Assembly: GCA_002256025.1 (NCBI GenBank) | Contig: NKIB01015073.1 | Coordinates: 1 to 38,427 of the forward strand | Source: Asterionella formosa | Taxonomy: Eukaryota | DNA: 38,427 nt | Direction: 5' to 3' | Part shown: positions 1 to 11,382 of the stretch, piece by piece | Layout: the number at the start of each line of letters is the position of its first letter | How positions within the stretch are numbered: the first letter of the stretch is position 1 | The notes under the pieces: model-generated | The model's input: only the letters and a program-made list of their open reading frames with translations | What the model was told of the DNA's origin: nothing | The model's database searches: none | Made by a program: the position numbers and the translations under genes

Positions 1-195
1 TGTTGTTGACAACCTGATTATTCGCATTTTATCGTGTTTCACAGTCGGCAATTCTGTTCGTTGGTTCGAACTTTATTGATGCTCACAGAGGTGCAGTACA
101 CAAGAAGCCAAGACAGACTCGAGACGCAAGCAGAAGCAAATCTGTTGATAGAAAATAAATACAAAGGGGACACGATCGATCAAGAGCCTTCAAGA

Positions 196-1059
196 ATGCA
201 CAAGAATTTGAGAGTGGCCAAGTATGTTTGGGCAGCTCATTTCGTCGTAACTATGGCCGTTATGCTTATTGGTGTACTCTACAACGGAGGAACTACAAAA
301 TATGTGCCTGCCAATATCGGAGTGGAGTGTCACAAAGGCTATGTCAATGTACTAGCGACATCGGTGCAGGAGGAAGGTTCGACAATCTGCTGTGATGGAT
401 CAAACGCTAGCTTCCTATGTGTGCAGACCCACCCCTACCTCTATAAACAGCTCACTCGATTACCTGGGGCGTGGATACTTCCACTGGTTCCATTTGTTCT
501 GGGACAGGTCACAGTGGCTATAGAAGCGTTCAACAGTGGCCTATTGACCGAGGACAGTAGAACAGCACTACTGCGTCTACTCTTTTATATTGTCATTTTC
601 TCTTGGCGAGGATGGGCTCTCTTCTTGGGGGCTAACATTCTGGAAAGTGTATTGGTTGAGTCGGAATCAGAAGTATGCTGGTTTTCGGATATCCACAGAG
701 GTTCATCCGCTTGCCATGGCCTTCAATTCGACTTTTCCGACCACACTGTGCTGTACTTTGGTCAAATATTGTCCATCAGCCTTGTGGAGTTTATACATAT
801 CTTTGTGACACATCACTGGAACAAAACATGGACGGTTACCATGACGGTACTCTTTTCGTACCTTCCGTATCTGTATTACATAGCCCTCTTTGGAGAGTTT
901 AACACTGCCGCTTATTTTCATACCAGAACCGAAATTCTTGTTGGATATTCCATCAGTTTGCTAATCCAGTTTCCATTGGTTTACCTTCAATGTTCAGCAC
1001 GATGGGAAAGGTTGAGACATGCAATCTTTGGAGTCTCTGATAGGGAACGGAATGACTAA
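196..1059 (+). CDS. FIT/Scs3-family (fat storage-inducing transmembrane, acyl-CoA diphosphatase-like) multi-pass membrane protein
   Basis: Several hydrophobic segments. 'QFDFSDHTVLYF' and 'TAAYFHTRTEILVG' match the two His-containing FIT motifs (FDxSGH and TxxYFHTxxEKxxG). Start taken as ATG 196; an upstream in-frame ATG at 79 is possible. Confidence 0.65.
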   Translation: MHKNLRVAKYVWAAHFVVTMAVMLIGVLYNGGTTKYVPANIGVECHKGYVNVLATSVQEEGSTICCDGSNASFLCVQTHPYLYKQLTRLPGAWILPLVPFVLGQVTVAIEAFNSGLLTEDSRTALLRLLFYIVIFSWRGWALFLGANILESVLVESESEVCWFSDIHRGSSACHGLQFDFSDHTVLYFGQILSISLVEFIHIFVTHHWNKTWTVTMTVLFSYLPYLYYIALFGEFNTAAYFHTRTEILVGYSISLLIQFPLVYLQCSARWERLRHAIFGVSDRERND

Positions 1060-1946
1060 TGCGGTTCCATTAAATTAGCATATCCTCCACCTTGTTCAAA
1101 GTAGAGTCCAACGATGGCGATCAAAGTATTCAGCTTCGCGAGATTATCTTTGGATTCAGCATGGGTATCGGATCTTGCTTTAGTCAATAGTTTAAGTAGA
1201 CCGAACAGCATAGCAGCATCGTCGCGATGCAATGGTATCTCCAATCTAGCCAACAGAGCATACAACCAAGCGGTTCGTTGACTAGTACATGGCGACCAAC
1301 CCTCACCGACAAAATCAGCAAGATGAGCAAGTACACGTCGGGTCATGACTTGATCCATTTGAAGGATGATTCGGACTGTCGGTTCATGTCCATTAACGGG
1401 AATTCCCTTTCTCCATTCTGGTTCCTCCTCCTCTTCTTCGCCTCCATCATCAGATTGACCACCATCGTCGTCGAAATAGGACCCCGGATTTCCTCTGGCT
1501 TCGTCGGCGCCGACGCAAAATTCGTGCCAACCAGCACTGTCCTTCATGGGAGGAAAAGGTGCTCTGTCTGTTTCCTTTCCTCCCACCCCCTCTAGATCGC
1601 ACTGTTCCAGATAGCCTCGCACCTCCGAAAAGTTAGACAAGGTGCCGTCCACCCATTGTCGACTCGGTGGACCATGTCGTTGGCTCGGTGGCGGTACAAC
1701 AATCGACGTTGATACCAAATACTGAAGCGACGCCGCAGATCCATCAATGGGAATGAACTCTTCTCGACGTTGCGGCGGGGCGGATGATACAGTCGACACC
1801 AACACGTCTGGAATCGCATTGGCTTGCTGAATCACGGCAGCCATGTATTCCATGGCGTCCATGGACTCAATGTTGTCAAAACTCACTATCTCGTCGCCAT
1901 CGTCGCGCTTTCTGCGACGAGGAACCGGAAGACAAGCTTGCTGCAT
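1056..1946 (-). CDS. GEMIN2: Gemin2 / SIP1 (SMN complex, snRNP assembly)
   Basis: 'AMEYMAAVIQQANAIPDVLVS', 'WLYALLARLEIPLHRD' and C-terminal 'LNTLIAIVGLYFEQ' match Gemin2 conserved blocks. Single exon, 296 aa. Confidence 0.85.
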   Translation of the reverse strand: MQQACLPVPRRRKRDDGDEIVSFDNIESMDAMEYMAAVIQQANAIPDVLVSTVSSAPPQRREEFIPIDGSAASLQYLVSTSIVVPPPSQRHGPPSRQWVDGTLSNFSEVRGYLEQCDLEGVGGKETDRAPFPPMKDSAGWHEFCVGADEARGNPGSYFDDDGGQSDDGGEEEEEEPEWRKGIPVNGHEPTVRIILQMDQVMTRRVLAHLADFVGEGWSPCTSQRTAWLYALLARLEIPLHRDDAAMLFGLLKLLTKARSDTHAESKDNLAKLNTLIAIVGLYFEQGGGYANLMEPH

Positions 1947-2574
1947 GGATGTACTTATTTTATTAAATAAAATGAAGACAGGTTACACAGGTTACTCAAG
2001 TCAGCAAACAGATAATACAGTACCCCGGTATAGCAAAGAATTGAGGGCGATGACGTTTCATGTGCTGGACACTGGTGGTGCAAATCATTGTTTCAGTGAT
2101 GACGTCTGGGTAGTAATTTATGGCGTAGGGGATATCAATGCTAATTTTTACTGTAAAAAGAAAACACATCATAATACCCGGATGCATATACAGCGCGAGA
2201 TTCAAGGGCAGGTGTGCAGTATGTTATAGCGGTACCTGGTACCTGGTAGTCAGTCTTGCATTTATTGAGGTATTCCAGTATCCACACATAATGAATAGAC
2301 TACCGGTAGACTTCATTACCTTCCATGTTTTATATGGTTCAAAGGCAATGTCTAGCATATCTTGCTCTGTCCCTTCCGGTTCACCCCCAAGCGCTTCAAA
2401 CGTCTTAACATCCAGGTAAACCGGTAAGGCTGGAATCACAGTACACATATTATACATCACCCTCACAAATCGCCCGAGCTGTTGTATTTATTTGTCGCAA
2501 CAATAAAAGGAATGAAACCAGAACCAATCCAAAGTTTGAGAAAGCGTCATGACATCCACGCACTTACAGATTGT

Positions 2575-5185
2575 TCAGGACAATACTTTGAATGATCCAT
2601 TTGATGACTTCATTAAGATTCCTTCGTTTCGTAGATTCTCGACCATGGTAGGAAACTCCTGGAGTCCACAACAGAGCTTATCAGCGATGCGTCGCAAGTC
2701 ATCCAATGTACATTCTGCACCAGAACCAACAATTCGGTATATCTCGTTAATAAAAGCCTTTTTCAACTTTTTGTTGCTTTTCCCGCCTGCTCCACCACGG
2801 GATCTATCTAAGGCACCAAATTCATCCTTATGAACTTCGTCAACCGATCGAGCCATTAATTCTACAACATCAAGCGCATCTTCCTCCAACACATATTCCC
2901 GAAGACAGGCCTTGGCACGTGCTTGGCAGAGACGAATTAAAGCTTCCAATTGTCGAGTGGTGATTGGAACTGTATCCCGTGGATTTCTACCGTCAGCAGG
3001 ATACCGAAGATTCATATAGTACTCCTTAAGAACTGAGGCAGCTCCTTGGGAAAGTCTGGGCTTGCAATACTCACGAGCATAGGAGATATAGTCCCGAACG
3101 AGATCAGCTGGAAGCGGCTCCTTTTGAAATTGAGAGACCCATTGAAGGCGCTCTTTTAGTGGCATTCGGTTCTCGGAGTCGTAGTTCTTTGAAGCCCCAA
3201 CGGTCGGAGCCTTTGACTCCATAGCTACAGTTTTCCCTCGATGATGATTCATAATGTTACTTGACACCAGACGATCTTGATCAATGTCTGCTCGGTCCCT
3301 CAATATGAAAACCAGATCAAACCGAGATAATATGGGAGTAGCCATGTTAAGGTTCTCTGCAACAGTCTTGTTCATGTTGTAGCTGCCGTGTTTCGGGTTT
3401 GCTGCGGCGATTATACTACACCTTGCTGGAAGCGAAGCGACAACTCCAGCTTTCGCGATCGATATCTGCTGCTGTTCCATTGCCTCTAGTAGCCCTTCCT
3501 GATGGCCCATCTTGTCCATCTCATCAATGCAGCAAATCCCTTGATCAGCGAGAACAAGAGCACCAGCTTCTATCCCCGTGTCACCGCCGGCCTCCTTCGT
3601 CATTGTCACAGTCAATCCAGTTGTCGAGCATGTATTCCCTCCTACATATACACTTCGAGCCGCAACTTGAGTTGCTGCCAATAACATCTGACTCTTTCCC
3701 ATTCCTTAATTTTTGGATGAAGGTGGATGAATGAATATGAGTAATATAATCGACGACTCGATTGGCACATGATGTGAACATACCGGGATCTCCTACTATA
3801 AGAATATGTGAATTGCAGCGAATAGAATTTCCTCGATCTGGTGATTGCGAAGATGGAGGAGTCCCACCAAGTAAGCAAAGCAATATTCCTGCTTTGACCA
3901 TATCGTGTCCAATTATTGCGGGACAAAGCGATCGAACTAGTAAATCAAAAGGAAAGGCCCTTCTTTCCATCATTCCAAAAAAACGATGATCTGCATGTGA
4001 CAACTGCGTGATACTATGAAATTGTTGTTGAGTATAAACGACATTTCCTCCACTTGTAGACGCCCCTTGCTGATTCTTTTCGCGTTGGTTGCTCTCTGAC
4101 ATGGTCGTTATCGAGTTTGCTTGTAGGTATAGCTTGTATGTGCTCGTTTCCATTGCCCGCTTTCCAACTTTTCCTTCTGCCACAGCGGAATTTACAGCTT
4201 GCACTATACTCGCCACCATAACAATATCACCAGGACGACACGAATCAACAAGGTCATTTTCAAGCTCTACTTCAATTTGTCGAGGTGTTCTGCCAGCTTG
4301 GGCCGTACTTTCTTCTTGTGCTTCTTGCAACCTGAGTTCTTGAACATTGATATATCGTGCAGTTGGTCGAATCATTGTAAAATTCTTGGCCCGACAATTC
4401 TTGGTAGCGCATCTTGTCGGAATAGAGTACCTCCCGTGATTGAAACTATGAATCGTGATGGCGCCACATTTGGAACATGAAAAATCAGCAGTGACGACTC
4501 TCAATCGCTTTGGTCTCGCTTTCACAACGTGACCTTTTATAGTCAGAAACTTATAAGCCATGCTCGTTCGTACATCCATCATTCGCACTTGAGGACGAAC
4601 ATGGTAGAATCTAATAACCAGTTTACATGCATCTAGAAAGCGGTCTAAACTTGGTCCTGAATTGGCGCGCCGCCAGAGTGTGGCCACTGCCAATGACATG
4701 GCGACTCCTACTGCAGCAAAGCCTTGTTCTGGCTTGTGATATAGAAAGGCCCCAAATGAATATCGACGAATAAAATCGTCCGTAACTGCTTGACCCTGAA
4801 GTTCATAGTGTTGCAGCTCATTCTGGAAATCTTCATGGTGCAGCGGAATGACAACTCTGCCTTCGAGCAGTTTGACACCAGCAGTGCTCAAAACCATTTT
4901 CGAATATGCTTCCAACGAGCTTTCTCGATTTACTTTAATGTGCTGGAACGCATTGTTTTCGTTGGGAGAGTCGAGTGGAAGTTGCTTTTTGAGAAAGAGA
5001 ACGAAGAATGCATGCATTCGCACAATAAAGCGGTAAGTCTGGACTTCAATGTTGATTTTGGTGGCCAACTCGGCTGTAGGACGAACATCGACAAGCTGGC
5101 GATTTTGGGTGCACCATAGGCGTTCAAGGTCGCTTTTTTGAACGCCTGTTAAGTCCGGAGGAAGGTGTGGAGCGAGGCCTGCCAT
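2575..5185 (-). CDS. MCM8: DNA helicase MCM8; exons 5185-3784 and 3704-2575, intron 3783-3705 (79 nt); about 843 aa
   Basis: Splicing GTATGT...AAG restores Walker A 'LIVGDPGMGKSQ'. Also Walker B 'CCIDEMDKM', arginine finger 'SRFD', Zn finger CSKC..C..C, and MCM8-type 'GRTPRQIEVELENDLVDSCRPGD' and 'KTVAENLNM'. Confidence 0.92.
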
Positions 5186-6358
5186 TTTGATGATGGAGGT
5201 CTTTGTAAGAAGGCGTGATCATGATTTTACCGGGGGCGGGATCGTAAAGTTTATCGGATTCTTTCCGGCTAATTCATAGGCTGAATTCAATCTAACAGAC
5301 TGGATTCAGTCTGGGTTTTCAATCCCTTGCCCCAACATAGTATTTTATGTCCCAGGTACCATACCCGGCAGCTCAATTCATTGGATTTTCCATTTCTTAA
5401 AAGTTAATCTATATATTATCTACAGAACTGTATGATAGGTTTCTGGAGTTATGCATGGCAATAAGTCTTTATGTTTAAATTTTTTCATCTACTTGAGACA
5501 TCGTTTGCCTGCCAAAAGCATAATCTGGAGCTGAATTGGTATCTTGCCTCCCAAACTTCAGTGACAAACATTTTACAGAAAGAAAATGATCACCTAGTCA
5601 GTGACTTGCATTTATAGTTAGAGGCAACCAACTATACTACCAAAATTGGTACTGAAATGATACCAATTTGATACCCACATTGAGTGAAATCTTGATAATA
5701 ATTTGGAACCAAATCAGTATAAAATAGGACAAGAAGCCATGTATACTCTGTTCTTCACCTTTGGCTTCATTGACTTCATGTCTGTTGTTGCCCTCATTGC
5801 CCTTGTTTTAGTCGAAGTCAGCTATGGCTTCATTGTTTTTGTGTTTGTCTTTTTACTTCACTGTTTCCATGTTTGTTGATGCCATTGTGTTTGTGTTTGT
5901 TTTTACCTGCATTGCCTGCATGATCATCTTCGCCTTCTTTGTTGTTGCCTTCATTTTTATCATCTTCATCATCACCTCATTGATATTGGACTTGTTGTCG
6001 TTTTCATGGGCATTGTTGCCTTTTCACTGCGAGAGGCAGCTTTGTTGGATCACAACTTTGCAGCTATGTAGCTACCGGTATACTGTATGTGATGCTTAGA
6101 AATGGAATCGACATGAGTAGGTACCAGGTACCGTACCTGGTATAAGCAATCGCACACTGTCGTTTAGCTATTTAACATCATTATATCGAGGTCGTGCTCG
6201 AGAAAAGTTTAAAAACTCCTTTGTTGTGTAAAGAATGTATGATAAATATATAGAAGACGAACGTAAAAGTGTTGCGTTTCATCATTATTCTTGTTGTCTG
6301 GTCAAAACTACCGGTATACCGGTATACTAATAATAATAATCAATTGTGAATATCAGCC

Positions 6359-8635
6359 ATGCCGGAGCATCCAATCGACAGTAACAACAAGGATAATCCA
6401 GTTCACGGCAACGCTAACCTAGATTTCACTTACTCAGATGACGCCTCTCCACAAAGTTCACCTCGCCTGCGCATGGAGATGTGTGACAGTCGGACGTACT
6501 TTGACGATGAAAGCATCGAAGAAGAGCAAATATTAGGTGATGAAGACGAAATTAAGCTGTCGTCGTCAACTTGCCCTTTGATATCTGTAGGGGCTAGCCC
6601 CTTCATGAACAGTGATGATTTCGCGGATAATTTGTTGGAAACAGATTTTTCTGAATCCGTATTACCGGTTGTTGCGTCTGTAAATATTACACCGCAAGCG
6701 ATCATGCCACAATCCCGCAAGCATGATCTGTTTGTACAGACAAACGAAGACATTTTGGAGAAAGTTTCATCGGATCGATCGCCAAAGCCCATTGGCGTAC
6801 CGCCTCCATTGCGACGAGTTTACTCCTCACCTGACTCCACACTCGCTTACAGTTTGTCGCCAACAATTATAGTAGCACCTAATCGATATGCCAGGATCCC
6901 AAGAGCTGAAATGAATAACATACCTAGAGCAGGAGTTAATGGAATATCGAGAAAAGTTGATCCTTTGGCGGCTACTTATTCCCTCAGTCGACAAATGTCG
7001 CTTCCGGTGACATCACAGGAACGCACACCCTCAATTACGCGAAAAATTCAAAAATTCACAGTAAATCCAGATTTCATCCTCGACAAAGAAAAGTTTCAGA
7101 AGAAAATGGCGCTCAGTGCCAACCACGGGTCGCCGTCAACTCGCAATAGCCCGCAAGGAAGCCATTTTCGAACTGTCGTCACACCTACACACAGACTTCG
7201 TAGAGGATCAAATAGCACCCTTCATGATCAATCTCCTCCAGAATCCCGAAGTGGTACCCCTCGATCACAAAGAGTTGATACTAAGGTGGGTGAATTGGAA
7301 TATAATCATGTAATGGACCAAACGGATAATGCTTATTCGCCGCCGCCCTTGAGTACGCGCCGATTATCGTTGGACGACTCATGGATTTCTCCTGACATAG
7401 CAGCATCGGCCAGGCGTCAACGAGGGCTACAATTTTGGCTCCGAAACGATTCACATTATATGGCGTATGTATCTGCCTTCGCCATATTTGGATCCACTTT
7501 TCGAGTATTTACAGGCAGGTTTTTTGGTTTGGACTGCGAAAATCTTAATGGGATTTCCGATTTTTGGATGTCACTGTCGAAAGGGATTTGCGTGACAACG
7601 TCGGGAGAAACAAGTCAAACAGGTGGGGCCCTGTTTACTGACTTACCAGCAAATATGATCGGGAGCTTTATTATGGGCGTTGTGTCGAATGTTAGACCCG
7701 ATTTATGGCCACCCCTTCCATGGTTTCACAAAGGTCATCCTCTCCAACAATATGAGCCACTACACGTTGGTATCAAAACGGGGTTTTGTGGGTCCCTTAC
7801 AACATTTTCTTCCTGGAATACGCAAATGGTGATCATGATGGATGGAACACATACAGAACTTGGCACTCAAGTTGTCGCTGCCATTGTTGGGTATATTCTC
7901 GGTCTAGTAGCATCCATTGGCTGCTACGTATTCGGAACTCAGGTCTCGATTTGGATAAATCGACATCGATATCCGAACATTGATCCTCGAATGGACAGTG
8001 CGAGCGACGACGATTCTGTTGGTTTGTTGGTGGAAGAAGGCGGCCTTTCGAGTCACGTAATTGAGAGAACATACGGTGACGGGGTTATCGTCTGTCCTGA
8101 CTGTCGCCTGTGTCGACCACTATGCCGCGTATTGACTTTTACGTTCTCGGCAAAATACATTGCTTTTACTTTTTTGGCTGGGATTTTCGTTGCGATGATC
8201 GTTGCAGATGCCATTCATAATATTCCATTCTATAGGACCATGTGGCTTTCTGTCTTGCTGACTCCTCCTGGGGCGATCTTGAGATGGCAGATTTCCAAAT
8301 GGAATGGCCGTTGGTCCCTCATGGGGAGATTCACTTGGCTTCCTTGGGGAACGTTTCTTTGCAATATCAGTGCTAGCATTGTTTCCGTTCTATGTGTCGC
8401 AATCCAATTTCGGTTTTATGGGGATGTCAATTCGTCGTGGCCTGTTGCTATTCTCGGTGCCATTAGGACTGGGTTTGCTGGTAGTTTATCAACGGTGTCC
8501 ACTTTTGTGAAGGAATTTATTGACCTCAACAACATTCATCAACATCACGGGAAAGCTTACAATTATGCATTGATTACAATTTTGACCTCGGCTTTATTAT
8601 GCTTGACCATCTACAGTTCTATTGTGCGATTCTAA
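6359..8635 (+). CDS. FEX: Fluoride exporter FEX (tandem CrcB/Fluc domains) with a long Ser/Pro-rich N-terminal extension
   Basis: Two CrcB signatures, 'GFCGSLTTFSSW' and 'GFAGSLSTVSTF', plus 'LPANMIGSFIMG' and 'PWGTFLCNI'. About 9 TM segments in the C-terminal ~400 aa. Confidence 0.9.
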   Translation: MPEHPIDSNNKDNPVHGNANLDFTYSDDASPQSSPRLRMEMCDSRTYFDDESIEEEQILGDEDEIKLSSSTCPLISVGASPFMNSDDFADNLLETDFSESVLPVVASVNITPQAIMPQSRKHDLFVQTNEDILEKVSSDRSPKPIGVPPPLRRVYSSPDSTLAYSLSPTIIVAPNRYARIPRAEMNNIPRAGVNGISRKVDPLAATYSLSRQMSLPVTSQERTPSITRKIQKFTVNPDFILDKEKFQKKMALSANHGSPSTRNSPQGSHFRTVVTPTHRLRRGSNSTLHDQSPPESRSGTPRSQRVDTKVGELEYNHVMDQTDNAYSPPPLSTRRLSLDDSWISPDIAASARRQRGLQFWLRNDSHYMAYVSAFAIFGSTFRVFTGRFFGLDCENLNGISDFWMSLSKGICVTTSGETSQTGGALFTDLPANMIGSFIMGVVSNVRPDLWPPLPWFHKGHPLQQYEPLHVGIKTGFCGSLTTFSSWNTQMVIMMDGTHTELGTQVVAAIVGYILGLVASIGCYVFGTQVSIWINRHRYPNIDPRMDSASDDDSVGLLVEEGGLSSHVIERTYGDGVIVCPDCRLCRPLCRVLTFTFSAKYIAFTFLAGIFVAMIVADAIHNIPFYRTMWLSVLLTPPGAILRWQISKWNGRWSLMGRFTWLPWGTFLCNISASIVSVLCVAIQFRFYGDVNSSWPVAILGAIRTGFAGSLSTVSTFVKEFIDLNNIHQHHGKAYNYALITILTSALLCLTIYSSIVRF

Positions 8636-8763
8636 GTTAATATAGACTGATGTTTCGGTCTAGTCTAGACCTGTGATAAGGCGTAATTAACCTGGATAAA
8701 AATCTGCTGGGTTACCTTCAGTGAATACGTGTCAAACGATTTCAATCTTGGGTAGAACTTTAT

Positions 8764-10861
8764 TTATGGATACGCGAAAAATCGGAGAGGTACCTTGATG
8801 TGCTCTCCTTCGTGAGCCAACACCGGGACCAAGGTCGATGATGGGCTACATCTTGTGATAAGGGGCTCGAGCCATAATCGGCATTCTGAACGGACTTGAA
8901 CATCAAAGTTTCTTGTTAGATCACGCACTTGTTCAAGAATGGAAATGGCAGCCTTGTCGCATGCATCCAATAAAACCGTCAAAACAGGTGTAGACCCATC
9001 TCTGCTGCCATTAGGCCTTGAATCGATGAAATTGAGAATTCCCTTGCGGAGTGTGAAAGCAGCATGAAATACAACGGGAACAAGCATGGACAGGTGACTG
9101 CTTCTCCAGTTTTCGATCATTTTGCCTGATCGAGAGATTGATTCTACCAGAAAACGAGACGATGCCACAACTGCCCACTGCGCGCAAGCAACTGCTCCCG
9201 GTGGGAGATCCCATGTAACAAAGTTCCCTGAGTATTTTGATGATATAGAAATGTTTGAAAATGCCAAACCCAAACCTCCAGCATATGCACACAGTGCCCG
9301 TACAAATGGTACAGCAAGAGGCTCTCCTCGTCCACTGATTGTTATCGACAACGGGGCATCTTTCGGGTGTACCAAATTCTTGATCATTGTGTGCTGCCTT
9401 TCACAATCAATATTTGTTCCACCACCGAAGGACTCCAAAATCGAGATGCGAAGTATGTCTTGCTCCAGCTGTGCCACAAAATGGACTGGTTCTTCTTGCA
9501 GAATCAGTTTAGACATCATCTCCATACTTTTGTCGTTTCGTTCGATCTCTTCTTCCTCAATCATCAAAGTGCCTGGTTTTCGAGTCGGGGCCCAAATCGA
9601 ATCTATTAATTCACTGTTTCCCTGTAGGATGCTGCATAAGATCACATCTAGAGTCGATTCTGGAGTGAAATCGCCACTAATTTCTTCAACAAGTCGGGAT
9701 ACCTGCAGAGTGGGTAGACACAAGCAAACTCGAGTGAACAGATCAACAGCAATCAGGAAGGAACTCGAAAATGCAACAACCAAAATGCAGGAAACAATTA
9801 AGCTCCTTGATATATGAGCATTGAGCAACATTGAACCCACTGGCACTAGGAGGACAGACATTAATATGCTCGCTTTTTGCGGAAACATGCGATAAAAAGA
9901 TAAGATTGTCTGGGTGTCCATGTTTTGGTATCTAGTTGGGTCGATTTCATGATACCTTCCATCCAGACAACGAAACAAATCCGCGAGAATACTTGTCGAG
10001 CATGCAACGAAAATCAAGACTATGTCCATTTCATTTGATAGTGCTGGATGTATCACGTATGATAAGACCAATCCAATCAGAGTAGATGCCATAACTAATG
10101 CCAAGCACTTCTTGATGGAAGGAGTCTGGTACCTTCTCCCTTCCTGCATCCCTGGCGTTGAGAACGGCGACCTCAACAAAATTCCCGGGGTGTCGCTTGG
10201 CGCCGCTATCAATTCCAAAAAAGCAACAAAGGAGGTACATTTAGCGAGAAACGCTCGTACCTGAGATGAAACTGGGTGCGAAACCAACGGAAACGACGAG
10301 CATCGGACTGTACTTGCGGATTAAAGCGATTAGAAAACAAAGTGATGGTTCATGAGAACGCCAGCATCACTTACCAATCGAGCATGGACCAATGAATCTC
10401 ATAATAACAGCAAGACCCAAAAGGGCCATGGAGCCGGCAAGGCGCAGAGCAATCATATAGGGGACCCATGGCGTGAAATGCAGCAGTTCTGTCATTCCGA
10501 TTTTTTCAAAAACAGGTTCCAACAGTTTGACACAAATTTGTCGCGACAAGATGAAACTAATTAAAGGAATGATCCACCGGGACTGATAGAGCGCATCGTT
10601 CTTCGCCTGCGTCGACGGAGCGTATGAAATAATCATGGATCTCGCCCAGGCTGTCAGAGCGAGTGATCCGGTGGCCGTCAACACACCGTGTCCATGCGTC
10701 GTGTGATTCAGCACAGTCACTAAGCTCCATACCACGAGAGGCGACAGGACAGTCAAAGCTGGCAGCAGGCCCCAAACAACCATGAGTCTTCTCCACGCGT
10801 CGATCATTGCAACGATTTGAGCCAGAGTTGGCGCCGGTTGATCCAACGGAGATGCCGCCAT
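8764..10861 (-). CDS. Multi-pass membrane protein, possibly nucleoporin NDC1-like; exons 10861-10375 and 10307-8764, intron 10374-10308 (67 nt); about 676 aa
   Basis: A phase-1 GTAAGT donor at 10374 and CAG acceptor at 10308 join two ORF-track ORFs in frame. An N-terminal TM cluster is followed by a helical soluble half. C-terminal 'QWAVVASSRFLVES...LVPVVFHAAFTLRK...ACDKAAISILEQV' loosely resembles the NDC1 C-terminus. The gene model is well supported; the family call is tentative. Confidence 0.5.
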
Positions 10862-11382
10862 GTGATCTGCAAGTTGTTTCCACGCGTCGTCGGATCGTTT
10901 ACCGGTAGACGATATCAATCAATCAAATATCAAGCAGAGGTTATCCAAGGAAAAGGACCACTATGAAATGATCAACCGGTAATTTATGAAAATGAATAAA
11001 GGAGGATTTGAAGTTGGTCGGGGTACCAATGAAAACGTCGAGCTGGCTCGTTCATCAAAATCAAACCCATCAGATTGAGATTGCCATCCTCACATCATAA
11101 ATACCCGGCGGTACTTGTTCATCATAAATTTTATTACCGGTAGACTACCGGTAGGTAGTCTACCGTATGTTGGAAAAAAAATAAAACTTTAAAAAAAAAT
11201 AATAAATAAATAGATATTATATAGTTATAATAATTAATGAGGAATAGCGCAGCCATTACAGGGCGGTAGGGAGGCACTTCATTTCGTGATGGAACATGCA
11301 AAGCCTTGTTAAGACAAGGACCCTAACAGATTGTAAACAATAACTTTAGTAGTAGATATTATGGAAATACGCTAGAATTGCT

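Noticed and set aside
3581..3783. MCM split into two overlapping ORFs, suggesting a frameshift or split gene
   Set aside because: Explained by a canonical 79-nt intron within Walker A.
5824..6099. Hydrophobic 91-aa ORF on the + strand
   Set aside because: It is the antisense shadow of a decayed D/E/N/K-rich low-complexity tract on the - strand, with no family motif.
6100..6358. Fluoride riboswitch upstream of the CrcB-type gene
   Set aside because: No crcB-motif consensus is visible and the gene is a eukaryotic nuclear FEX.
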